From positions 129,887 through 193,886 of the forward strand of contig CAVQLW010000005.1 in the NCBI GenBank assembly GCA_963713485.1: 64,000 nucleotides of DNA. Direction: 5' to 3'. This document shows, one piece after another, positions 9,520 through 17,981 of this stretch; within the stretch, counting starts at the first letter, position 1, and every line of letters starts with the position of its first letter. This stretch comes from Candidatus Dormiibacterota bacterium. GTDB taxonomy: Bacteria; Chloroflexota; Dormibacteria; Aeolococcales; Aeolococcaceae. The translations under genes and the position numbers were made by a program. The notes under the pieces were generated by a model that was given only the letters and a program-made list of their open reading frames with translations, was not told the DNA's origin and searched no databases.

Positions 9520-10661
9520 AGCGGCTCCTGTTCCTCATCGCCGACACCGGCGGCGGGCACCGCGCAGCGGCCAACGCCGTCGCTCGTCAGCTCACCGAAA
9601 CCGGCGCCGGCGCGTTCGACATCACGATCCTGGATCCGTTCACGGCAGCAAAGCCGCGGATCATCGGAGGGACGGCCGGCCTCTACGGACCCATCACCCG
9701 TCACGCGCGGTGGTTGTGGGGCGGCCTGTATCACGCCACCAACAGCCGGCCGGCGGTGGGGATGCTCGAGCGAACCGTGCTCCGCTCGGTGACCGGAGCC
9801 GTCACGGAGGCGGTCGACCGGCTCGCTCCCGACTGCGTGGTGTCCTTTCACCCCTTGCTCAACCACATCAGTGTCCGTGCGGTCCGCGCGGGAGCGCGGA
9901 GGATTCCGGTGGTCACCGTGATCACCGACCTCGTCGATATCCACACGGCGTGGGCCTGTCCCGACGTCGATGCGGTCGTCGTGCCGTCGCCCGGTGGGCT
10001 CGACCACTGCCGGCGAGCTGGGATCCCCGCCTCGCGCTGTCACGACTTCGGCCTCGCGGTCGACGGTCGGTTCACGCATCTCCCCAACGATCCGGAGGGG
10101 ATCGCGCGGCTTCGGCAGCGACTAGGGCTCCGCCCGAACCAGTTCGTCGTCCTCGTCTGCGGCGGTGCCGACGGTTCCGGCGGGCTGGTGCGCAACGCAC
10201 GCGCGATCGCCGCTCAATCGATCGATCTCGATCTGGTGGTGATCTGCGGGCGCAACTCGCTCGCTCGCTCGAGCCTCGAGGGGCTGCGCACCGCGATCGG
10301 GCACGAGGTGCGCGTGCTCGGCTACGTCGACAACATGCACGAGTGGATGCGCGCGAGCGACGTCGTGGTCTCGAAGGCGGGCCCCGGAACGATCGCCGAG
10401 GCGCTCTGCTGCGGCCTGCCCCTGCTCCTCGTCTGGTACCTCCCGGGACAGGAGCGGGGCAACGTCGAGTGGGTGGTCGACATCGGCGCCGGCCGGTTCG
10501 TGCCGCGCGTGGAACAGCTCGTCGATGCCGTCGCCGAGCTGGCGATCCCCGGATCCGAAACACTGGAGACGATGCGCCAGGCCGTGCGCGCCGCCGCCAG
10601 GCCGGATGCGACGCGCCGCATCGCCGACCTGATCGCCGGCATGGCAGGCGAAGCGTCGTGA
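9516..10661 (+). CDS. GT28-family glycosyltransferase (MGDG synthase / diacylglycerol glycosyltransferase-like)
   Basis: N-terminal LFLIADTGGGHRAAANAV signature and C-terminal GT-B segment VVSKAGPGTIAEALCCGLPLLL. ATGA overlap with the upstream gene. Confidence 0.85.
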   Translation: MKRLLFLIADTGGGHRAAANAVARQLTETGAGAFDITILDPFTAAKPRIIGGTAGLYGPITRHARWLWGGLYHATNSRPAVGMLERTVLRSVTGAVTEAVDRLAPDCVVSFHPLLNHISVRAVRAGARRIPVVTVITDLVDIHTAWACPDVDAVVVPSPGGLDHCRRAGIPASRCHDFGLAVDGRFTHLPNDPEGIARLRQRLGLRPNQFVVLVCGGADGSGGLVRNARAIAAQSIDLDLVVICGRNSLARSSLEGLRTAIGHEVRVLGYVDNMHEWMRASDVVVSKAGPGTIAEALCCGLPLLLVWYLPGQERGNVEWVVDIGAGRFVPRVEQLVDAVAELAIPGSETLETMRQAVRAAARPDATRRIADLIAGMAGEAS

Positions 10662-11860
10662 GTGTCGACGCGCCGGTCATCGACCCGGCGGCGGACTCCG
10701 ATCCTTCGTCCGCGCCACGCTGCGCCGTCGTGCGCCTGCGCGTTCACTGCTTTCGCAACTACGCGGAGACCACGGTCCACTTCGGTCCTGGTCTTAATGT
10801 CATCCACGGCCACAACGCGCAGGGCAAGACGAACCTGCTCGAGGCGATCGCGACGCTCGCGCTCACTCGCTCACCGCGAACGTCGAACAGCGCGGACCTG
10901 CTGCTGTGGGGCGAGGATGCCGCGCTCGCCGAGGCGGAGGTCGCGCGGCCGCCGGCCAGCGTCACGCTGTCACTCCGTTTCGAGCGCGACTCGACCTCGG
11001 GGCGCGTGTCTCGATCGGCACGTGTCGACGGCAAGGCGCGTCCGGCTCGATCGGTCCTCGGCGTCTGCCCGGTGGTGCTGTTCTGGCCCGAGGACCTTGC
11101 GCTCGTGCGGGGCGGGCCGGACGGGCGCCGCCGCTTTCTCGACGTCATCCTCGCGCAGACGGATCCGCAGTCCACCGACCATATGTCGCGATACCGGCGT
11201 GTCCTCGAGCAGCGCAACGCGCTGCTGCACCACCTGCGTCTCGGAGGCGGAGGACGCGACGCGCTGAACAGCTTCACCAACGAGCTCGCGCGCCACGGCG
11301 CCTGGCTCGCACTGGCGCGCAGCCGGTTGCTGACCACGCTCGCGCCGCTTGCGGAGGCGTCGCTGCACGACCTCAGCGGCGAGCGCGAACACATCGCGCT
11401 TCGCTACACGGCGGCACACACCGACGCGATGCCCGGGGATCTCGACCAGGCTGAGCAGTCGCTGCTCGAGACGCTGCACGCGCGAGCGGCCGAGGAGGTC
11501 GCACGTGGGATGACCCTCGCCGGTCCGCATCGCGACGACATCGCCATCGACCTCGACGGGCGCGTCGCCCGCGGGACGGCGTCGCAGGGCCAGCAGCGCA
11601 GCATCGTCCTGGCGTGCAAGCTCGCCGAGGTCCGGTACCTCCAGGACGCCGCCGGCGTCGCTCCGGTCATCCTGCTCGACGACGTGCTGAGCGAGCTCGA
11701 TCCCGGCCGGCGGCGGCGCCTGCTCGCGCTCCTTGCGGGTGATGGTCGCCACCAGGTGCTGGTCACCACCACCGAGCCGATCACCGAGGTGGGTCATTTC
11801 GCCCACGTGCTCCACCACGAGGTCAACGCCGGCGTGGTCACGCGGAGTCCGGACGCGTGA
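10658..11860 (+). CDS. recF: DNA replication/repair protein RecF
   Basis: FRNY...GPGLNVIHGHNAQGKTNLLEAI (Walker A), ASQGQQRS signature, VILLDDVLSELD (Walker B). GTG 10658 overlaps the glycosyltransferase stop (GTGA). The track ORF's upstream 316 aa are Arg-rich shadow sequence. Confidence 0.9.
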   Translation: MSVDAPVIDPAADSDPSSAPRCAVVRLRVHCFRNYAETTVHFGPGLNVIHGHNAQGKTNLLEAIATLALTRSPRTSNSADLLLWGEDAALAEAEVARPPASVTLSLRFERDSTSGRVSRSARVDGKARPARSVLGVCPVVLFWPEDLALVRGGPDGRRRFLDVILAQTDPQSTDHMSRYRRVLEQRNALLHHLRLGGGGRDALNSFTNELARHGAWLALARSRLLTTLAPLAEASLHDLSGEREHIALRYTAAHTDAMPGDLDQAEQSLLETLHARAAEEVARGMTLAGPHRDDIAIDLDGRVARGTASQGQQRSIVLACKLAEVRYLQDAAGVAPVILLDDVLSELDPGRRRRLLALLAGDGRHQVLVTTTEPITEVGHFAHVLHHEVNAGVVTRSPDA

Positions 11861-12144
11861 GCGAGGAGCGTCTCGGCGATCTCATCGACCCGGCCCTCCG
11901 CGGTCTCGGCGTCCGCGGCCCCGTGCGGGAGGAACGCCTCCGCCTCGCGCTCGCGGAGGTCGTCGGCCCGGGTCTCGCCGCACTCTGCCGCGCCGAGCGG
12001 CTGGACCGCGGAGTCCTGCTCATCGCGACAGCGAACAGCGCTCTCGCGCATCAGCTGCAGATGGACGCCCCGCGAGTCATCGCCGCGCTCAACCGGCGCG
12101 TCGGTCAGGACCTCGTCCGCCGGATCCGATTCACGGCACTCTGA
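11857..12144 (+). CDS. DUF721 (DciA-type) protein
   Basis: 95-aa ORF directly after recF with a GTGA overlap. This is the conserved position of DUF721 genes. Pattern LGVRGPV...VLLIATANSALAHQLQM. Confidence 0.65.
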   Translation: MSEERLGDLIDPALRGLGVRGPVREERLRLALAEVVGPGLAALCRAERLDRGVLLIATANSALAHQLQMDAPRVIAALNRRVGQDLVRRIRFTAL

Positions 12145-12162
12145 GCAGCGGCGCGCCCGTCG

Positions 12163-13278
12163 CTACGCGACCCGCACCGGCATGATGATGCAGAGGTAGT
12201 CGTCGCGCCCGACGGGACGGATCACTCCGGGCTGCAGCGAGCCGTTGAACGACAGGAGCACCTCGTCGGAGTCGAGCGCGGAGAGCGCGTCGAGCATGTA
12301 CCGGGCATTGAACGCGATCTGCACGTCGTCGCCCTTCACGGTGGCGCTGAGCGGGGCTTCATCGTCGCCGACCTCCGCCGTCTGCGCGAGCAGGGTCAGC
12401 GTGCCGTCGCCGATGCGCAACCGCACCGGGTTCGCGGCGTCACGTGCGAGGACCGCCGCGGTCTTCGCCTCGCGAAGCAGTGAGGCGGTCGAGAGGCTCA
12501 CCGTCGTGGTCGACTCGCCCGGAATCACCTGTGTGTAGTTGGGGTAGGTCCCCTCGATCAGGCGCGAGGAGATCTCCACGTCCTTGAGCGTGAAGAACAC
12601 CTGGTTGCGCGCGTGCGCGAACGCGATGCCGACGGTCGGCCGGCTCGGACTCACCGCACGCGCGACCTCCGCAAGGTGCCGCGACGGGACGATCACCGAT
12701 GTCACCGGGGGCGTGCCGTGCACGGTGACGTCGAGCGTCTTGACCGCGAGCCGGTGGCGGTCCGTGGCAGCCAGGGTCAGACGTTCACCGTCGATCTGGA
12801 TGAGCACGCCGGTGAGCACCGGTGATGCCTCATCGGAGCTGGCGGCCATCACCGTCTGCGTGATGGCGCTCTGCAGCGCCGGGGCGTCGACCTCGATCGC
12901 GGTGTCGGCATCGCGAGCGGGGAGCGGCGGAAACTCCACCGCGTCGATCCCGTGAAGGTTTGCCCGATGCACTCCACCCGTGAGCTTCAGCACCTGCGTG
13001 GCGGTGTCGAGCTCCATGGTGCAGGGAGCGTCGCCGAGCGATGACACGAACTCACCGAGCAGGCGTGCCGGCACGGTCGTCCGCCCTTCCTCGAGCACGG
13101 TGGCCGGGACCGCCACGGTGATCGTGAGATCGAGATTCGTGGCGGTGACCCGCAGCCCGTCCTCCGCGGTCTCGAGCAGGACGTTGCTGAGCACCGGCAG
13201 CGTCGACCGCGGTGAGACTGCGCGTGAGACGAGCCCCAGAGCGCTGCTGAGTGTGGAGGACGAGACGGTGGTCTTCAT
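12163..13278 (-). CDS. dnaN: DNA polymerase III beta sliding clamp
   Basis: 371 aa with typical clamp N-terminus LSSALGLVSRAVSPRSTLPVLSNVLLE and three-domain length. Lies downstream of dnaA. Confidence 0.95.
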   Translation of the reverse strand: MKTTVSSSTLSSALGLVSRAVSPRSTLPVLSNVLLETAEDGLRVTATNLDLTITVAVPATVLEEGRTTVPARLLGEFVSSLGDAPCTMELDTATQVLKLTGGVHRANLHGIDAVEFPPLPARDADTAIEVDAPALQSAITQTVMAASSDEASPVLTGVLIQIDGERLTLAATDRHRLAVKTLDVTVHGTPPVTSVIVPSRHLAEVARAVSPSRPTVGIAFAHARNQVFFTLKDVEISSRLIEGTYPNYTQVIPGESTTTVSLSTASLLREAKTAAVLARDAANPVRLRIGDGTLTLLAQTAEVGDDEAPLSATVKGDDVQIAFNARYMLDALSALDSDEVLLSFNGSLQPGVIRPVGRDDYLCIIMPVRVA

Positions 13279-13373
13279 GGAGTGCTCCTCTCTGGAGGCT
13301 GCGTTGTCACCAGACTCAGTGAGTATGACCTGCAGAGTCTAGAGATCAGTAGACGATGTAGTAGTGGGGATAC

Positions 13374-13493
13374 GGTGGACAACCGCGAGCATGATCTCAC
13401 CGCGACCATGCCGCCCCGCTCGGCGCTGTGCAGAAGTGGCATCCGTTGTCCACCGGTTGTCCACCGGCGCTGAGCCTGTCCACAGAGTCCACA
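13374..13493. promoter_or_regulatory. DnaA-box cluster in dnaA-dnaN intergenic region (candidate oriC)
   Basis: Five sites close to the consensus TTGTCCACA: TTGTCCACC on the complement at 13374-13382, TTGTCCACC at 13446-13454 and 13457-13465, CTGTCCACA at 13476-13484, GAGTCCACA at 13485-13493. A relatively AT-rich stretch at about 13338-13366 lies beside them. Confidence 0.6.
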
Positions 13494-13521
13494 TCCTCTC
13501 CCCGACGCGACAACAGTGTTG

Positions 13522-14875
13522 TCAACGGCTGTGCAGGTGCTCGCGGATGCTGCGCACCTCACCCTGGAGGCGGACATCCTCGCGCATCAGCTCGGTGATC
13601 TTCTCGATGGCATGCAGCGCCGTCGTGTGGTCACGCCCTCCAAAAGCGCTTCCGATCACCGGCAGCGATGACTCGGTCTCCTCGCGGATGAGGTACATGG
13701 CGACCTGACGGGGGAACACGATGTTCTTGTCGCGGCGCTTGCCTTTCATCTCGTCCACCGAGATCCCGTAGTGCTCCGCCACCGAGGCCTGGATGGTCTC
13801 GATGTTCATCGGCGTCGAGTTCCTGGACCGGGATGATGTCGCGGAGAATCTGCTGCGCCGCCTCGAGCGTGATCTGCTGGCCGTTGATGGACGCGTGCGC
13901 GAGCACGCGGATGAGCGCGCCCTCGAGCTCGCGGATGTTCTTCTGGATCTTGTGCGCGATGAACGAGCACACCTCGTCCGGCACGAGCCGGCTGTACGGA
14001 CCGAGCTTGGTCGTGAGAATCGCAAGGCGGGTCTCGAAATCCGGCGGCTGGATGTCCGCCATCAGTCCACCTTCGAAGCGGCTGCGGAGGCGATCCTCGA
14101 GGGTGGGGATGTCCTTGGGCGGCCGGTCGCTGCTCACCACGATCTGCTTCTGGAATTCCTGCAGCGCGTTGAACGTGTGGAAGAACTCCTCTCTCGTGTG
14201 GTCCTTGCCGGCGAGGAACTGGATGTCGTCGATGAGGAGCACGTCGACGCCGCGGTAGCGCATGCGAAACTCGGCCGGCCGGTTCTCGACGATCGACGCG
14301 ACCATCTCGTTCATGAATTTCTCGGAGGTCACGTAGGCGACCTTCGCGTGACGATGCGTCTCACGCACCGCGTGGCCGATCGCGTGCATGAGATGGGTCT
14401 TGCCGAGACCCACGCCGCCGTACAGGAAGAGCGGGTTGTACGTCTTGCCCGGCGCCTCGGCGACCGCTCGGCATGCCGCATGCGCGAAACGGCTCGAGTT
14501 GCCGACGACGAACGTGCTGAAGGTGAAGTTGGGGTTGAGGCGCGAATCGCTTGCCCCGTCCTCAGGCTCGCTCACCTGCATGTAGCTCGGGTCCGGGAGC
14601 ATCGGCGGCGTGTCGGGCGGTTGCGCGGCCTCCGGGTCGACGGTGATCACCACCTCGCAATCGCGTCCGAGCACCCCTGACAGGGTCTCCCGGATCAGGG
14701 GGACGTACCGCTCGCTGACCCAGTCTCGGGCGAACATCGTGGGGACGCCGACGGTGAACGTGTGGCCGTCGGACTCGACGAGGACCGCGTTGGCAAGCCA
14801 GGCCTCATATCCGGGCCGTACCACCTGGAAGCGGAGCTCCTCCTGGGCGACCTGCCACAGCTGTTGCGGGTCCAT
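13522..14875 (-). CDS. dnaA: chromosomal replication initiator DnaA, reading frame interrupted by a 1-nt shift near 13810-13819
   Basis: Domains I-III lie in ORF 13631..14962: [14 protein letters not shown], Walker [31 protein letters not shown]. Domain IV lies in ORF 13522..14025, one nucleotide out of frame: [43 protein letters not shown] 14875 is the likely start (MDPQQLW). Confidence 0.85.
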
Positions 14876-14997
14876 GCTCGCGGTCGAGCCGGCCGTGTCG
14901 AAGATGGGCTCCAGTCGCGGCGTTTGGTCGCCAACGACTCCGGCGCCGGATGTTCGCTCCACTCGTTCCTCGGGTTGGCCTTCCGATCACAGCGCAC

Positions 14998-15028
14998 TTA
15001 TCCACAACTTGTGCACAGAGGTGGATAA
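14998..15028. promoter_or_regulatory. pair of DnaA boxes in the dnaA-rpmH intergenic region
   Basis: Perfect TTATCCACA at 14998-15006 and inverted TTATCCACC (GGTGGATAA on the + strand) at 15020-15028. Confidence 0.65.
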
Positions 15029-15254
15029 ATGCTTGGCCGCTGGTGGCCGGGGGGCTTGGTGGGACGAATGGAAGGGCTCCCGCTCCCGCTGCAGCCCCGG
15101 GAGTCTAACAATGCATGACCCCGGCGACAAGCGGAGCGAGCGCATCAGGGTGGGGGCGGTCGGCCGTGGCCTTGGTATACTCGCCGGGCAACCCCGTCGG
15201 GCATTGCGGCGCCCAGAGCGCCCCCGACGCGATCACTGTCTCGGGGAGACGGCC

Positions 15255-15401
15255 ATCAAGCGCACGTACCAACCCAAGAAGCGCTACCGGCGCAAAACCC
15301 ACGGGTTTCGTATCCGTATGGCGACGCCCGGTGGTCGTCAGGTGCTCAAGGCGCGTCGTCGCAAGGGCCGCAAGCGGCTGACTCCGGCCGCACCTCGATG
15401 A
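15255..15401 (+). CDS. rpmH: 50S ribosomal protein L34 (apparent ATC start)
   Basis: [42 protein letters not shown] matches L34. GGGGAG lies 6 nt upstream of ATC 15255. There is no ATG/GTG/TTG at the conserved N-terminus. Confidence 0.8.
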   Translation: MKRTYQPKKRYRRKTHGFRIRMATPGGRQVLKARRRKGRKRLTPAAPR

Positions 15402-15745
15402 ACCGGCGGCATCGCCTCCCCGGGCGACGCCGCATTGCCGCGGTTCGGGAATCCGGCAGCGAGGCGCGCTCGGGCGCGGTTCGTGTTCGGGCCATCGCAG
15501 GCGAGACCGAGGTTTCGCGTGTCGCATTCGCGGTGCCCGCGGCCGGCAGTGCCGTCCGTCGCAATCGCGCGCGGCGGCGGCTTCGCGCGGCAATCGCCCC
15601 ACTGCTCGCCGGCCGGCCGGCCCTCGATCTCCTCGTGAGCCTGCCCGGGAGCGCCACCGAGATGCCGTTCACGAAGCTGTCCGCCGCGCTCGCCACCGCG
15701 CTCGATACCGCCGGCCGCTCGGTGCGCGCACAGGCGCTCGGATGA
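15398..15745 (+). CDS. rnpA: ribonuclease P protein component
   Basis: 115-aa basic protein with an ATGA overlap with rpmH. Contains the RNase P protein motif [14 protein letters not shown]. Confidence 0.85.
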   Translation: MNRRHRLPGRRRIAAVRESGSEARSGAVRVRAIAGETEVSRVAFAVPAAGSAVRRNRARRRLRAAIAPLLAGRPALDLLVSLPGSATEMPFTKLSAALATALDTAGRSVRAQALG

Positions 15746-16026
15746 ACCGCGTCAGCCTGGTGATCATCAGGGTCTACCAGGTGACCATCGGTCCCCTCTT
15801 CGGGATGATGAGCAGCTGCCGCTACGAGCCCACCTGCTCGCACTACGGATACGAGGCGATCCAGCGCTTCGGCTGGCGTCGCGGATGGTGGCTTGCGATC
15901 CGGCGGATCGCCCGGTGCCATCCGTTCCACGAGGGTGGGCTCGACCCGGTGCCGGACACCTACGTCAGCTGGCGCGCGGCGCGACGGAGCCACCACGAAG
16001 CCACCCAGGCTGGTAGGGCCGCGTGA
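15742..16026 (+). CDS. yidD: membrane protein insertion efficiency factor YidD
   Basis: [19 protein letters not shown]...[23 protein letters not shown] overlap with rnpA. Confidence 0.85.
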   Translation: MNRVSLVIIRVYQVTIGPLFGMMSSCRYEPTCSHYGYEAIQRFGWRRGWWLAIRRIARCHPFHEGGLDPVPDTYVSWRAARRSHHEATQAGRAA

Positions 16027-17117
16027 TCGTCGCCGCGTTCAACCCGATCTCGATCTTCACGATCCTCGAGGGGCCGTTCCAGTGGGTCCTGCAGCACCTC
16101 GACGACTTCTTCGCGAGCGTGGGGCCGCTGAACACGATCGGGGCGTTCGGCCTCGGCGTCATGGTGCTCACCATCGGCATCCGCGCGATCCTGTTCCCCG
16201 TCTTCGGGTGGCAGCTCCGGACGTCACGGCGCATCCAGGCCGAGCAGCGGCTCGTCGCGCCGCAGCTGCAGGAGCTCCGCAAGAAGTACAAGAAAGAGCC
16301 GCAGCGCCTGAGCCAGGAGATGAACGCGCTCTACAAGGAGCACGGCATCAGCCCCTTCTCCAGCCTGACCGGGTGCATCCCGGCCCTGGTCCAGATGCCG
16401 GTGCTCATCGGCCTGTATCAGTCGATTCGTGCCTTCACCAACGGCGGGACCGGCAAGATTGCCGGGAACGTTCGATTCCTCTGGATCACGGACGTGCGGC
16501 AGTCGGCGCAGGAGGCGTGCTGCGCGGTGAAGGGCTCCACCCTCCTCAACGTGTTCGACCACCCGGCGCTGCTCATCCTCCCGATCCTCGCCGGCGCCTT
16601 CACCTTCGCGCAGTCGCGGATGATGATGCCGCCGCTGCGCCCTGACATGTCCGATCAGGAACGCTCGATGCAGAACGTCACCAAGCAGATGTCGTTCATC
16701 TTCCCGGTGATGATCTTCGCGTTCAGCTTCCTCTTCCCGCAGGGCCTCGCCATCTACTGGGTGACCGGCACGATGTTCATGGTCGCGCAGCAGTACCACC
16801 TCCTCGGCTGGGGCGGGCTGAAGGTTCCGGCCTGGTTCCCGGGTGCGGGGAGGGTGACCTCGTTGTCCCTGCCGCGCCACCCCGCGGGGCCGGCGAAGAC
16901 CGGCGCCGCGAGGTCCGCCGGCGTTGTTGCCACGAGCGGCAAGAACGCGTCACGCAACGGCACCGCGCAGGCGGGTGCCGGCAAGGCCGCGGCCAACGGC
17001 ACCAAGCCGGCGGGGGACGAGCAGGAGCACGGGAGATCACAGAGCGCCCAGGCACGTTCGCTGGCGCGAACCGGGACGCGTCCCAACCGGCCGAACAGAC
17101 GGAGGCGGCGTCGCTGA
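16023..17117 (+). CDS. yidC: YidC/Oxa1-family membrane protein insertase
   Basis: Multi-TM protein with [31 protein letters not shown] and a basic C-terminal tail. Conserved position after yidD. Confidence 0.9.
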   Translation: MIVAAFNPISIFTILEGPFQWVLQHLDDFFASVGPLNTIGAFGLGVMVLTIGIRAILFPVFGWQLRTSRRIQAEQRLVAPQLQELRKKYKKEPQRLSQEMNALYKEHGISPFSSLTGCIPALVQMPVLIGLYQSIRAFTNGGTGKIAGNVRFLWITDVRQSAQEACCAVKGSTLLNVFDHPALLILPILAGAFTFAQSRMMMPPLRPDMSDQERSMQNVTKQMSFIFPVMIFAFSFLFPQGLAIYWVTGTMFMVAQQYHLLGWGGLKVPAWFPGAGRVTSLSLPRHPAGPAKTGAARSAGVVATSGKNASRNGTAQAGAGKAAANGTKPAGDEQEHGRSQSAQARSLARTGTRPNRPNRRRRRR

Positions 17118-17136
17118 GCACGGCGCCGGGAGAGAA

Positions 17137-17895
17137 GTGGTGAGTGAGACACGGTTTCCAGTGGCTGAGGTGGAGGCCGAAGACGGGGTCGAAGCGCATG
17201 GGGCCACCATCGAGGAGGCGGTGAGCAACGCCCTCGCGCAGCTCGGTGCGAATCGCGAGCAGGTGGAGGTGCAGGTGCTCTCGGCGCAGAGCCGGGCGCT
17301 CCCCGGCGAGCGGCTTTCGAGCGGCGAGCGCAGGGTGCGCGTGTATCGCATCGATGAGCACGCCGCCAAGGCTCGCGCCCTCCTCGAGGAGCTGCTCACG
17401 CGCATGGAGGTCCCCTGCCGGGTGAGCGTCCGCCGCGGGACCGGCACGAGCGGGGCTGCGGGAGCCGGGCCGATCATCCTCGACATCGCGGGCGACGATC
17501 TCGGACTGCTGATCGGATGGCGCGGTGAGACACTGCGCTCGCTGCAGACCGCCCTCAATCTCATGCTCGGCGAGGAGGGCGTGGAGACCAGGCGGGTGAT
17601 CCTCGACGTGGAGCGCTACCGCGCCCGTCGCGAGGACCAGGTTCGCGAGCTCGCGCAGCGTCTCGCGCAGCGGGTCAAGCGCACCGGTGAGGCGTACACC
17701 CTCGATCCGATGCACGCCTACGAACGGCGGGTCATCCACATGACACTCGCCGACGATCCCGGCGTCACCACGGAGAGCACCGGGAAAGAGCCGGCACGGC
17801 GCGTGATCATCAACCCGACCGGCCCGGCGCAGGGCGGACCGCCCGAACGCTACGAAGGAGCCCGCCAGGGCCGCTCGTCCGGGCGGCCGTACTGA
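17137..17895 (+). CDS. jag: Jag/SpoIIIJ-associated RNA-binding protein (KH + R3H domains)
   Basis: GDDLGLLIGWRGETLRSLQ (KH) and LDPMHAYERRVIHMTL (R3H). GTG 17137/17140 follows GGGAGAG. Conserved position after yidC. Confidence 0.8.
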   Translation: MVSETRFPVAEVEAEDGVEAHGATIEEAVSNALAQLGANREQVEVQVLSAQSRALPGERLSSGERRVRVYRIDEHAAKARALLEELLTRMEVPCRVSVRRGTGTSGAAGAGPIILDIAGDDLGLLIGWRGETLRSLQTALNLMLGEEGVETRRVILDVERYRARREDQVRELAQRLAQRVKRTGEAYTLDPMHAYERRVIHMTLADDPGVTTESTGKEPARRVIINPTGPAQGGPPERYEGARQGRSSGRPY

Positions 17896-17981
17896 CCGAA
17901 TTCGCCGTCTCCACCCTCGCGGGGGGGACGAGGCTCACCGCCGTCCCGCTGCACGGGCGCGCGTCGGTCGCGGTCGCGTTC

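Noticed and set aside
9710-10657. N-terminal 316 aa of the 716-aa ORF containing RecF.
   Set aside because: This is an out-of-frame overlap with the GT28 glycosyltransferase and is extremely Arg-rich. RecF homology begins just after GTG 10658, which overlaps the glycosyltransferase stop.
13807-13840. Programmed +1 ribosomal frameshift in dnaA, by analogy with prfB.
   Set aside because: There is no in-frame stop or rare codon at the shift site and no upstream Shine-Dalgarno-like stimulator. The 0-frame continues open for 60 codons. An indel (real or assembly-derived) is the simpler explanation.
15204-15206. TTG as an alternative canonical start for rpmH.
   Set aside because: It would add 17 non-conserved residues to a protein whose N-terminus is highly conserved, and it has no ribosome-binding site. 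The ATC at 15255 has GGGGAG at ideal spacing. It is kept as an alternative in the finding.
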